In this document: positions 10,409-19,627 of the stretch, one piece after another
Layout: every line of letters begins with the position of its first letter
Position numbering within the stretch: the stretch's first letter is position 1
The notes under the pieces: model-generated
The model's database searches: none
The model's input: the letters and a program-made list of their open reading frames with translations, nothing else
Told to the model about the DNA's origin: nothing
Translations under genes and position numbers: made by a program
Sequence record: DRR378314_790
Length of the DNA stretch: 20,000 nt
Reading direction: 5' to 3' (one strand)

Positions 10409-11407
10409 ATGAAGCAAAAAGGGTTTACTTTAGTTGAGATGATGGTCGCTTTATTTGTAGGTGGCTTAGTATTAGGTGGCGTCATGTTTACTTACGTGAG
10501 TATGAAAGTAACCACCCGAGACACCATGACCATCGGTGAATTACAGGAAACTGGCCGCTTGGCTTTGAGTATAATGCAGCGCGATATAGAACAAATTGGT
10601 TTTTGGGGCACGTTTTATGAAGATTCATTTTCAGCAGACAATACAATTGTTGCAGGCAGTGCTAGTAACCCGGCCGGGGATTGCACCGAAGGGCTGAATA
10701 ATAAAAGTTTCCCAGATAATAGTGTTAATTCTAATTTCCGACTTATTTATGCTATTGAATCAAGCGGTGGTGCCCAGCTAAATTGTATTTCAAACGCACA
10801 AGATAATACTGATGTTTTGCAGCTCAAGTTTTTAGAAGGGTTGCAAATAGACACCGCAGATGCTGTACAAAATAACAACGGCAATTATTATTTTATTGCT
10901 CAGCAAGAGTGGGGAGAGTTTACTCGCGGCCCTGCTAATCCAGCCAACCCAAATTCAACCGTGTGGCGGTATCGTCATCACGTATATTACATTGATGAAC
11001 AGACTTATAAGGTAAATAAGCAAGATCTAACAATCCCCGTATTGATGCGTAAAAGGCTAACCCCTAAAGGGGGGATGATCACCGAAACTATTATGGAAGG
11101 GGTTGAAAATATGCGCTTTTTGTTTGGTTTAGATACTAACTTTGACAGCCGAATCGATACGTATCGTAGTGTTGAAAATATGACAGCATCAGACTGGGAA
11201 AATCGCCGTGGCATTTTAACTGTTCAGGTGTTTCTGTTAGTAAGATCACTCCAGCCAGATGCTGACCTTAATCAAGTGAATCAAACATACACCTTAGGTG
11301 AAGATGCAAATCAACGCGTTTTGAAGTTCAATGATCGCTTTCGTCGGGCTTTGTTTACCACCACGATACGCTTAAACAATGTAGGAGCTAGTCAATGGCG
11401 AATTTAA
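10409..11407 (+). CDS. pilW: Type IV pilus minor pilin PilW
   Basis: QKG|FTLVEMMVAL; LQETGRLALSIMQRDIEQIGF; EGVENMRFLFGLD; C-terminal FTTTIRLNN. Confidence 0.9.
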   Translation: MKQKGFTLVEMMVALFVGGLVLGGVMFTYVSMKVTTRDTMTIGELQETGRLALSIMQRDIEQIGFWGTFYEDSFSADNTIVAGSASNPAGDCTEGLNNKSFPDNSVNSNFRLIYAIESSGGAQLNCISNAQDNTDVLQLKFLEGLQIDTADAVQNNNGNYYFIAQQEWGEFTRGPANPANPNSTVWRYRHHVYYIDEQTYKVNKQDLTIPVLMRKRLTPKGGMITETIMEGVENMRFLFGLDTNFDSRIDTYRSVENMTASDWENRRGILTVQVFLLVRSLQPDADLNQVNQTYTLGEDANQRVLKFNDRFRRALFTTTIRLNNVGASQWRI

Positions 11408-11877
11408 CCTTAGCAAACAACCAGCGCGGTGTTGTTTTAATTGCTGCGCTTATTATGGTCGTTGCTGTTACAGGCATTGCCGTTACGCTGATGAGCAGTG
11501 CAAGTGTTGATATAAAAATTACCAACGCCGCATTAGAGCGAGAAGAAGCTGAGAATATCTTAATGGGCAATGTACAAAAGGTAATTGCGACAGAGGCGCA
11601 AAAAGGTGGAACAAGTAAGTTATTGTTTACACAAGCGCAAATTCCAGACGGTTCAATCCCACTCACACAAATTGACGACACAGCGAGTGAATTAAGTAAC
11701 CTTAATAATGGCGCGCTTGATCTGCCTTGTCCGCGAGATTATGACTTCACAGCGGGCATTGCATGTAACATGATTCAAATAAATTCAACGATTACTTATG
11801 GTTCAAAGAGTAAGCACACCATAACGGTAACCACTGGAATAGCACAGCAAATGGCTAGCCTAAATACTGGCGGTTAA
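11395..11877 (+). CDS. pilX: Type IV pilus minor pilin PilX
   Basis: QRG|VVLIAALIMV lacking Glu5, as is typical of PilX/GspK-like pilins; lies between pilW and pilY1. Confidence 0.85.
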   Translation: MANLTLANNQRGVVLIAALIMVVAVTGIAVTLMSSASVDIKITNAALEREEAENILMGNVQKVIATEAQKGGTSKLLFTQAQIPDGSIPLTQIDDTASELSNLNNGALDLPCPRDYDFTAGIACNMIQINSTITYGSKSKHTITVTTGIAQQMASLNTGG

Positions 11878-14800
11878 GTGAGATTAAAAATGAAGATAAA
11901 ACAGTTAATTATTAAGTCGGTATATATTGTTTTTGCGTGCTTTAGTTTTTTTAGTGTGGCTGAAGATATCGAGTTATATGTAAATCATGAGGTTGAGCTC
12001 GATGAAAAACCACGGGTGTTACTTGTGTTTGATACATCGGGGAGTATGGCGTGGAGTGTGGTTGATGGCAAAAGCCAAACTTGCTATAGAAGAGTGAAAA
12101 AAAATAAGTTTGAACGTGGAGATTGTTTTAAAAGCTTAGATACTTACACTTGGAAGGAGCAGTGTTATATCGTTAGAAGTGGATACTATCGAGCTGAGTG
12201 TGATGATACTCGATTAGGTGTTGCGAAAAAAGCGATCACGCAGTTAATTAGTGATAACGATGATATTGAATTTGGTCTTATGCGCTTTAATGGCAGTGCT
12301 GGTGGTTATGTCTTAGCAAAGTTAGGGGCAACAAAATCTTTTCTACTTGATAAAGTAGATAATTTGCCTGCAAGCGGAAGTACACCGCTTACCGAGACTT
12401 TGTGGGAAGCCTACCTTTATATCACAGGTCAAGGCGTCTATTATGGTGGAAATACTACTGACAGGGATTATACAGCAGAGTCTTCTGGTATTTATAAGTC
12501 TCCATTTAAGCCAATTACTGGTGAGCCACTGCGCTGTGATAACAGTATTAACATTATTTTGATGACTGATGGCGACCCAACCAGCGATTCAAACAGAAAT
12601 AGCGATATTAAGAATTTACACAATTATTATTTTACTGCCAACCCACCTGTAGTGAGTAACAGCTATTTAACCGCACTGTCTAAGGTGATCAATGGAACAA
12701 AAGACGTAGAGATTGACTTATATTCACCCACAACGAAAACGCGTGAATTCGGTCGAATCTACCCAATTGGTTTTGGTACCGGGATGAGTAACGCAGGTAA
12801 AAACTTATTATCTGAAGCAGCAAAGTATGGTGGTGGGCAATATTTGCACGCAGACACAGCAGAGCAATTATCTGAAGCACTTAAAAATACCATTACGCGT
12901 ATTCGCGAAGTAAACGACACATTTACCTCACCTTCAATTGCCAGTAATAATGTTGACCAAACACGTAGTCGTGACTCTATCTACTACGCAATGTTTTACC
13001 CTGACAGTGGCGCTCGTTGGCGTGGTAATTTAAAAAAGCTTAAAGTTTCAGGCACTCAAATTATTGACTCTGCAAACCTGCAAGCTCTTAACTCGGAAGG
13101 TTTAATTGATAAAGGTGCACGCACATTTTGGTTACCTAGTACTGCTGCTGCAGATGGTAATTCAGTTGAAAATGGCGGGGTTAATTTGATGCTTTCAACT
13201 ACCGCAAATAGTGGTCGCAATTTATACACGGATGCAGGAACCGCAGGGCTTATCGCATTTAATAAGAATGCAGTATCGTCAGCTTATGGTGGTGATGCTA
13301 AAGCGGCTAAAGCATTTGGTGTTGATCAGGGTGAACTTAAAAACACGATTGATTGGGCCCGAGGCATAGATGTAGATAACGAAGATGGAGACGCTTCAAG
13401 CAGCGACCAACGGCTAGATATCTTTGGTGATCCTTTACATTCTAAACCTGTTACAGTTGACTATGGCAATGACGATGTAAGAATTCTTATTGGCACTAAC
13501 GCTGGGTTTTTACATATGTTCAAAGACAGTGGTAACACAGTCAGTGAAAGTTGGGCGTTCATACCCAGTAGCCTGTATGGCATTATTGACCCCATTCGTA
13601 AAAATGCTGCCGATACTAAAAAATACGGTGTTGATGGCCCAATTACGATCTATTTTGATGACTCAAACCGTGATGGCATCGTAAACGGTAGCGATAAAGT
13701 GTGGGCTTTCTTTGGCATGCGTCGTGGAGGTAATAACTATTATGGTTTAAATATTACCGATCCAGATAACCCAAGTTTAATGTGGGGTGGGCCAATCCAG
13801 GGAGGCACTGGGAGCTTCACTGAGTTAGCGCAAACATGGTCTGCACCGACGGTTTCTTTTATAAAAGCATTTGGTGATGAGCCTGTGCTAATATTTGGAG
13901 CTGGTTACGATATTAATAAAGATACCGTAATACTTGGAGAAGATAGCAAAGGTCGCGGTATTTATATCGTAAAAGCCTCTGACGGTACCTTGTTATGGGA
14001 ATTAACCCCTAAAAAAGGCTTTAAAGGTAAAAATAGCATTGCAGCGTCAGTAACTCCATTGGATTCAGATTACGATGGTTATATTGATCGTATTTATGCA
14101 ACAGATACTAGCGGCAGCATTTGGCGAGTTGACATGCCAAGCAACAAAACAAGTGAGTGGAGTCATTTTGAGTTCGCAAAACTAAATGGTTCAACGAATG
14201 CGCTTGATAGACGTTTCTTTTATAAACCCATGATTGCTCGCACTATGTATAGCAAGGTGACGAACACAACCTATAATGGAAAAACGATTGTTACTCGAAA
14301 AGACACGCCATTTGATGCTGTTTTAGTTGGCAGTGGTAATCGCTCAAATCCAATTGGCACTGTTACTAAAGATCAGCTCTATATGATTAGAGATGTAAAT
14401 ACGCTAACCAAGTCATTTAAGGGTTTAGATATTCCAGATACAATCACTGTTTCAGATTTAATGAATGTCAATGATGACCCTTTTGGTAACTCTCTGGACG
14501 ATATCGACACGTTTGTTAAAAATGAAATAAAGTTAAGTAAGCAATCTGGCTGGTACTATGATTTGCCCGCTAGCGGTGAAAAGTCTCTAGCGGCTGCTAC
14601 AGTGGTTGGGGGAGTTGCTTATTACACTAGTTACACGCCAGCTTCAGCCACAGAAACCATTAATCAATGTTCATTAACTGGCGGTTCCGGTTCATTGTAT
14701 GCATTTCATTTGCACTATGGGACTAAAGTGTATGATCAGTTAAGATTTACAACAAGTAATGACGTGCCAGATACGCCTCAACTTTATTTTGGTAGTGCTG

Positions 14801-15120
14801 ATAGTTGTGTCGACAGTAACGCTAATGGGTATTGTGACGGCATGGGCGATGACGGAGAAGATGGAGGAAATGATGAGAATAAAAAGGTAGAAACAACAAG
14901 CCAATTTTTAATGATTGGGCCAGGTATAAAAGAGAGTGACAGCTCTGATTTAAGTGCACAAAATCCGTTTATTCCGAAAAAAATAAAAGGGCCTGGCATT
15001 TCATTCGATGAAGATGGCAATATTGATTTGGTTGACAGTGCAGTTCCTATCGGTTTTGGCTTTAATACCCAGCAGACTTTCATATATAAGCGAGAAGTGA
15101 ATGATAATAAAGACAAGTAA
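11878..15120 (+). CDS. pilY1: PilY1/PilC type IV pilus tip adhesin with N-terminal vWA domain and C-terminal beta-propeller (true start probably ATG 11890)
   Basis: Signal peptide; vWA MIDAS DTSGS (12031-12045), TPLTETL, LMTDG; PilY1 motifs [58 protein letters not shown]. Confidence 0.92.
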   Translation: MRLKMKIKQLIIKSVYIVFACFSFFSVAEDIELYVNHEVELDEKPRVLLVFDTSGSMAWSVVDGKSQTCYRRVKKNKFERGDCFKSLDTYTWKEQCYIVRSGYYRAECDDTRLGVAKKAITQLISDNDDIEFGLMRFNGSAGGYVLAKLGATKSFLLDKVDNLPASGSTPLTETLWEAYLYITGQGVYYGGNTTDRDYTAESSGIYKSPFKPITGEPLRCDNSINIILMTDGDPTSDSNRNSDIKNLHNYYFTANPPVVSNSYLTALSKVINGTKDVEIDLYSPTTKTREFGRIYPIGFGTGMSNAGKNLLSEAAKYGGGQYLHADTAEQLSEALKNTITRIREVNDTFTSPSIASNNVDQTRSRDSIYYAMFYPDSGARWRGNLKKLKVSGTQIIDSANLQALNSEGLIDKGARTFWLPSTAAADGNSVENGGVNLMLSTTANSGRNLYTDAGTAGLIAFNKNAVSSAYGGDAKAAKAFGVDQGELKNTIDWARGIDVDNEDGDASSSDQRLDIFGDPLHSKPVTVDYGNDDVRILIGTNAGFLHMFKDSGNTVSESWAFIPSSLYGIIDPIRKNAADTKKYGVDGPITIYFDDSNRDGIVNGSDKVWAFFGMRRGGNNYYGLNITDPDNPSLMWGGPIQGGTGSFTELAQTWSAPTVSFIKAFGDEPVLIFGAGYDINKDTVILGEDSKGRGIYIVKASDGTLLWELTPKKGFKGKNSIAASVTPLDSDYDGYIDRIYATDTSGSIWRVDMPSNKTSEWSHFEFAKLNGSTNALDRRFFYKPMIARTMYSKVTNTTYNGKTIVTRKDTPFDAVLVGSGNRSNPIGTVTKDQLYMIRDVNTLTKSFKGLDIPDTITVSDLMNVNDDPFGNSLDDIDTFVKNEIKLSKQSGWYYDLPASGEKSLAAATVVGGVAYYTSYTPASATETINQCSLTGGSGSLYAFHLHYGTKVYDQLRFTTSNDVPDTPQLYFGSADSCVDSNANGYCDGMGDDGEDGGNDENKKVETTSQFLMIGPGIKESDSSDLSAQNPFIPKKIKGPGISFDEDGNIDLVDSAVPIGFGFNTQQTFIYKREVNDNKDK

Positions 15121-15523
15121 ACAACAAGGGTTCACGCTCATTGAGCTAATGATAGCGGTTGCGATTGTAGGCATTATAGCTTCTGTCGCCATACCGAGTT
15201 ATTTTGAACATGTTAAGCGAACGGCACGCACAGAGGCTATAACGACCTTGCTGGATGCTGCAAACAGACAGGAGCAATTCTTTGTTGATAACCGAGAATA
15301 CACCAATGATTTAGATAATCTAGGTGTTGTATCGCCAACTGAGCATGGCTTTTATACAATTACTGTTGAAGTGGATAACGATGCAGGTACTTTTAGCTTT
15401 GAGGCGACCCCCGCTGACGGGCCACCTTTAAAAGATGATGAATGCAAAACTTTCGTTATTAACGACGCGGGCCTTAAAACAGCAACACCTAGTACTAATA
15501 GTGCTAAATGCTGGGGGAATTAA
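15101..15523 (+). CDS. pilE: Type IV minor pilin PilE
   Basis: [36 protein letters not shown]-terminal C...CW disulfide pair. Confidence 0.9.
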   Translation: MIIKTSKQQGFTLIELMIAVAIVGIIASVAIPSYFEHVKRTARTEAITTLLDAANRQEQFFVDNREYTNDLDNLGVVSPTEHGFYTITVEVDNDAGTFSFEATPADGPPLKDDECKTFVINDAGLKTATPSTNSAKCWGN

Positions 15524-15537
15524 GAATGAGAATAGCT

Positions 15538-16068
15538 TTACTCTAAGCACTTTTCTGTATTTCTTATTTTTGTTCTGCCTGTGTAACTTATCGATATAGC
15601 AAGCCCTGCGTGGCTTGCTTTTTCGTATTCGGGGCAGTAAACAAACGTACCATTATGAAAGCCCATAGGTGTACCATCGTTACGAAATGTTAAATACGTT
15701 CTAGGGTAAGTTAGTTTATCTTGTAGGTGTGTTGCATCAACATTTAAAAGAGCAACATCATCGTCGTCAAGTACACCTAACTTATTTGAATCTATGAATA
15801 CGGTTAGCTCTTTGTGCCATTGGTTTGCTTCGCATTTATTGTGCTTAAGTGCACATAAGGTCACGTTTGAACCGTGCGTAACCGCACTTAATCGCGAAAG
15901 CCCAACGGCTCGATTAATTTTTGCTATGTGGTTGTCTAGCCTGTTTTCGATGATTAATGGCTGATAATTATATAGCGCGATATGGCACATTATCGCAATG
16001 ATACTTAATACCACCATGCTCTCGATTAAAGAGGTGCCCTGACTTTGCTTGCTGCGAATAACCTTCAT
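15538..16068 (-). CDS. FimT/GspH-family minor pilin with atypical G|TSLIE cleavage site and C-terminal GRTK
   Basis: SQG|TSLIESMVVLSII; SRLSAV, VTLC, VFIDSN, NGTFVYC and ISYTGR motifs of the FimT/GspH family. Confidence 0.82.
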   Translation of the reverse strand: MKVIRSKQSQGTSLIESMVVLSIIAIMCHIALYNYQPLIIENRLDNHIAKINRAVGLSRLSAVTHGSNVTLCALKHNKCEANQWHKELTVFIDSNKLGVLDDDDVALLNVDATHLQDKLTYPRTYLTFRNDGTPMGFHNGTFVYCPEYEKASHAGLAISISYTGRTKIRNTEKCLE

Positions 16069-16076
16069 CCATGAAG
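16063..16076 (-). promoter_or_regulatory. Putative CsrA/RsmA-binding hairpin overlapping the start codon
   Basis: mRNA CUUC-AUGGAU-GAAG: GGA in the loop; UCAUGGAUGA matches (A/U)CANGGANG(U/A). Confidence 0.55.
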
Positions 16077-16142
16077 ACCTGAATTGTGACAGTTATATTA
16101 AACTTAGCTGACCCTATTTTAGTTGCAAGGTGATCTGCTTAA

Positions 16143-16688
16143 TTAATTGCATTTGCTGTCGGTATCGCCATTATAAAGCGTGGTGCCAGACTGCGTGATG
16201 GTAAGCGCTTTATTGTTTTCATTGTCATTATTAGGGCAGTAAACAAAGGTGCCCGCTGCCGTTGTAATGCGACCACTGGCATCAAATATAATCGATTTGT
16301 CACCTGAGAAGCTAAGACGACTATTATCAGGGATTTCGTCAAGAGCTCTTAAGATCACATCTCCTTGTTTTGGGTTTTGTACGCCATTGCTGTTACTGTC
16401 ATAGAACACAAATACTGTCCCAGATGTCCAGCTGTTAGTGCAGGGGACGCGCTTGTTGTTTGCAATATTGCTGGAATCGCCACTACATACAACAACGAGG
16501 GCGTCAGTACTTGTCGCTTTCGCTCTGGCAAAAGTAAGGGTGCGTTTTAAGTCCAACAAATAATTTTCAGCTTGGTTTTCTTCTAACATATTGCTGCTGT
16601 TCCAAAATGCAATAGCAGCGATGATGCCGACTATTGAAATAGTGACCATCAGCTCTAAAAGTGTAAAGCCGCGTTGTATTTTTTTCAT
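16143..16688 (-). CDS. FimU/FimT (GspH-family) minor pilin
   Basis: QRG|FTLLELMVTISIVGIIAAIA; ARAKA, VVVC, VFYDSNSNG, FDASG and GTFVYC motifs; GAGGTG SD. Confidence 0.87.
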   Translation of the reverse strand: MKKIQRGFTLLELMVTISIVGIIAAIAFWNSSNMLEENQAENYLLDLKRTLTFARAKATSTDALVVVCSGDSSNIANNKRVPCTNSWTSGTVFVFYDSNSNGVQNPKQGDVILRALDEIPDNSRLSFSGDKSIIFDASGRITTAAGTFVYCPNNDNENNKALTITQSGTTLYNGDTDSKCN

Positions 16689-16820
16689 TCTACACCTCTA
16701 AGTACAGATCAAATTGTGGTTAACTAACGCCGATAGCGGATGTAATATTTTTGTGATTATTATATTTTAGTTAATGATACCATTGTTGGTGATTAAATCC
16801 CCGTTATTCAATTGCTTTGT

Positions 16821-16849
16821 TTGCTATGAACAGCAGGATTGTCTAAAAT
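16821..16849 (+). promoter_or_regulatory. Putative sigma70 promoter of glnB
   Basis: TTGCTA (16821-16826), 17 bp, TAAAAT (16844-16849), 33 nt before the ATG. Confidence 0.6.
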
Positions 16850-16879
16850 CGACTCAATAAGAATTTAAAGTAGCAATAA

Positions 16880-17221
<342 letters not shown>

Positions 17222-17247
17222 TTTCAACCAAGTAATTAAATAACAAG

Positions 17248-17279
17248 AAAGGCGCTATTAAAAAATAGTGCCTTTTTTT
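17248..17279 (+). terminator. Intrinsic terminator of glnB
   Basis: AAAGGCGCTATT-AAAA-AATAGTGCCTTT stem (one G-U pair) followed by a T-run. Confidence 0.85.
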
Positions 17280-17289
17280 ATTTTCAGTC

Positions 17290-17771
17290 CCTGCCTCAAC
17301 TACTTGAGTAGCTGGTTATCATTAAATATGCTTTGCCTGTAAAAAGTACTCAAGTTAATTCCGTAGTTGATTTTTAGCCAAGCCAAAACAGGAAAAAGCA
17401 TGAGCAGATACGAAAAAGCACCGAATGTGTATTCGCTATGCCAAAATCATATAGTTTAGACACCTAAATATAGATTTAGTATTCTTGAAAATAAAGTGAT
17501 TAGAGATGTATACAGGTCTAATATGAACAGCTTGGGTGAAAGTTGTTGGGCTAAATCTACATATAGACAACGTACATTTAGTCGTTAAGTGCCCCCAAAG
17601 GGGCCAATTTCAAATTTAATGGGTGTATTGAAAGGTAAAATAGCGTTAGAAATATTTATTGAATACAAACGCTTAATAAAGAAAAAGTGTAGGGTATTAC
17701 TTTTGGTTTCTAGGGCATTGCTTAATACGGTAGGCATAAACGAAAAGGTAATCCAAAGCTACTTTTTTTAG
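17290..17771 (+). mobile_element. Degenerate IS200/IS605-family element (left-end region and broken tnpA); boundaries approximate
   Basis: Imperfect hairpin CAACTAC-TTGA-GTAGCTG (17297-17314) upstream of a fragmented HUH Y1 transposase; no right-end hairpin recognised. Confidence 0.75.
17400..17771 (+). pseudogene. tnpA: IS200-type Y1 transposase TnpA pseudogene
   Basis: ATG 17400: MSRYEKAPNVYSLCQNHIV*TPKYRFSIL (TAG 17457-17459 replaces W of HIVWTPKYR). Shifted frame gives KVVGLNLHIDNVHLVVK (HUH DHVH changed to DNVH, 17566-17577). Another frame gives VPPKGPISNLMGVLKGKIA...TVGINEKVIQSY. Several frameshifts; C-terminus lost. Confidence 0.88.
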
Positions 17772-17791
17772 AATAAATATATTTTCACATG

Positions 17792-17822
17792 TTGACCTCA
17801 ACCCAAGTTAAGGTTTTAACCT
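17792..17822 (+). promoter_or_regulatory. MerR-family (SoxR-type) promoter with 19-bp spacer and dyad operator
   Basis: TTGACC (17792-17797), 19 bp, TAACCT (17817-17822); dyad ACCTCAAC-CCAA-GTTAAGGT (17795-17814) resembling the SoxR box CCTCAAGTTAACTTGAGG. Confidence 0.75.
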
Positions 17823-17851
17823 TGCATTTCTTAAATATAAAAAGGAATGAA

Positions 17852-18748
17852 ATGAATATCCTCCTCGCCATGATCCCTGCTTTTTTATGGGGCACTACGT
17901 ATGCGGTAACTAAGTATGCAACACCCGACTGGCCACCTATTTTACTTGGCGCTATACGGTCACTGCCTGCCGGTTTATTGTTGTTGCTGTTTAAACCTTC
18001 TTGGCCAACGGCTAAACAATGGCCAGGCATTTTTCTAATCGGCACAATTAATATTGCGTTATTTTTTAGCTTTATTTTTGTAATGGCAATTAACCTACCT
18101 GCAGCTATTGCAGGCGTGGGAATGGTATCTGTCCCTGTGGTTGCATTATTATATGCATGGCTTGTAAAGCGACAACAGCCAGCGCTAGTGCAAAGCTTTT
18201 GTGCGCTTGCTTTAGTCGTTTTAGCATGGCGTTTATTTGATCCACAACATGTTGCGCTTAATGTATTGGGAGTTTTGGCACTGATAGGGGCGCTATTAAC
18301 TATTGTTATAGGCAGTACGCTGGTAAAAAAAGTAACGGCTAAAGTACACTGGTGGACGGTACTTACGTGGCAGCTAATCATTGGTGGCAGTTTGCTAGCA
18401 ATGGCGGCTATGGTGCAAGCTTTTTATTTTGCTCCTCAGCAGTATCAATTTTTAACTGCGTCAATAAATACCACGCAATGGCTGGCGTTATTTTGGCTGG
18501 TGGTACCTAATACTGCTTTGGCTTACATTCTATATGTTTGGTTATTAGGGCGAATGTCAGTAGTTGAATTTACTTTTGGCACTATAGCCAACCCAATTGC
18601 AGGTATTTTATGTGCAGGAATATTAATTAACGAGCAGTATGCAAGTTGGCAATATGCAATTATGTTATTGATGATTGTGTTTTCGGTTTTGCCACAAGGC
18701 TTGGACTTAATAAAACGAAGAATGATGATACAAAAAGCCCGCAATTAA
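17852..18748 (+). CDS. EamA/DMT-family exporter, PecM-like (start reassigned from 17789 to ATG 17852)
   Basis: About ten hydrophobic helices; PAFLWGTTYAVT...GAIRSLPAG, WQLIIGG, TALAYILYVWLL and NP motifs; AAGGA SD before 17852, while the 17789 ATG lies upstream of the promoter. Confidence 0.88.
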   Translation: MNILLAMIPAFLWGTTYAVTKYATPDWPPILLGAIRSLPAGLLLLLFKPSWPTAKQWPGIFLIGTINIALFFSFIFVMAINLPAAIAGVGMVSVPVVALLYAWLVKRQQPALVQSFCALALVVLAWRLFDPQHVALNVLGVLALIGALLTIVIGSTLVKKVTAKVHWWTVLTWQLIIGGSLLAMAAMVQAFYFAPQQYQFLTASINTTQWLALFWLVVPNTALAYILYVWLLGRMSVVEFTFGTIANPIAGILCAGILINEQYASWQYAIMLLMIVFSVLPQGLDLIKRRMMIQKARN

Positions 18749-18758
18749 GCGGGCTTTT
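18733..18758. terminator. Bidirectional intrinsic terminator between the EamA gene and folD
   Basis: AAAAGCCCGC-AATTAA-GCGGGCTTTT perfect inverted repeat; the loop contains the EamA stop codon. Confidence 0.88.
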
Positions 18759-18772
18759 CATTACTGTATTTA

Positions 18773-19627
18773 TTAACTGTGGTATTTCTCACAGGCCTCT
18801 AACGTGTTTTCAATCAGGCTTGCAACCGTCATTGGCCCAACACCACCAGGTACAGGCGTAATGAAGTGTGCTTTTTGTTCAGCTATATCATACTGTACAT
18901 CACCCACGAGTTTGCCCGTATCTAAGCGGTTAATACCGACATCGATAACCATCGCACCTTCTTTAACCCAGTCACCCGGTATAAACTCAGGTTTACCTAC
19001 CGCAACTACCAGCAAATCAGCACGGCGCACATGCGTCTCTAAATCTTGAGTAAATTTATGGCACACCGTTGTAGTACAACCTGCAAGTAATAACTCTAAT
19101 GCCATCGGGCGGCCAACGATATTTGATGCACCAACAACTACAGCGTGCATTCCTTTATATTTAACGCCTGTTGAGTCAAGTAATGTGATAATCCCTTTAG
19201 GTGTACAAGGGCGTAATGCAGGCATACGCTGTGCTAAACGGCCGATATTGTAAGGGTGAAAACCATCCACATCTTTTAATGGCGTAATACGCTCAAGAAT
19301 TTTTTCTGCATCAAGGCCTTCGGGTAAAGGTAATTGAACTAAAATACCGTCTACTGTTTTATCATTATTTAGCTCATCGACTAGATCTAACAGTGCTTGC
19401 TCTGATGTATCAGCAGGTAAATCAAATGATTTTGATACAAAACCAACTTCTTCACAGGCTTTGCGCTTTGAACCAACATAGACTTGACTCGCAGGGTCTT
19501 GTCCTACAAGTACAACCGCAAGTCCCGGAGCACGTAATCCATTTGCTACTCGTTCACTTACTTTCTCTGCTACTGCACTTCGTACTTGTTTAGCTATTGC
19601 CTTACCATCGATGATGTTTGCCGTCAT
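18773..19627 (-). CDS. folD: Bifunctional methylenetetrahydrofolate dehydrogenase/cyclohydrolase
   Basis: [46 protein letters not shown] and [11 protein letters not shown] motifs. Confidence 0.99.
   Translation of the reverse strand: MTANIIDGKAIAKQVRSAVAEKVSERVANGLRAPGLAVVLVGQDPASQVYVGSKRKACEEVGFVSKSFDLPADTSEQALLDLVDELNNDKTVDGILVQLPLPEGLDAEKILERITPLKDVDGFHPYNIGRLAQRMPALRPCTPKGIITLLDSTGVKYKGMHAVVVGASNIVGRPMALELLLAGCTTTVCHKFTQDLETHVRRADLLVVAVGKPEFIPGDWVKEGAMVIDVGINRLDTGKLVGDVQYDIAEQKAHFITPVPGGVGPMTVASLIENTLEACEKYHS

Noticed and set aside
12097-12104. A8 tract in pilY1 as a phase-variation site
   Set aside because: The frame is intact, and A7-A9 runs occur elsewhere in this AT-rich window; too short to call
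17589-17771. 60-aa ORF as an independent small protein
   Set aside because: It is the third fragment of the frameshifted IS200 tnpA
17789-17851. N-terminal extension of the EamA ORF
   Set aside because: It overlaps the MerR-type promoter and lacks an SD; ATG 17852 has AAGGA and matches the expected family N-terminus
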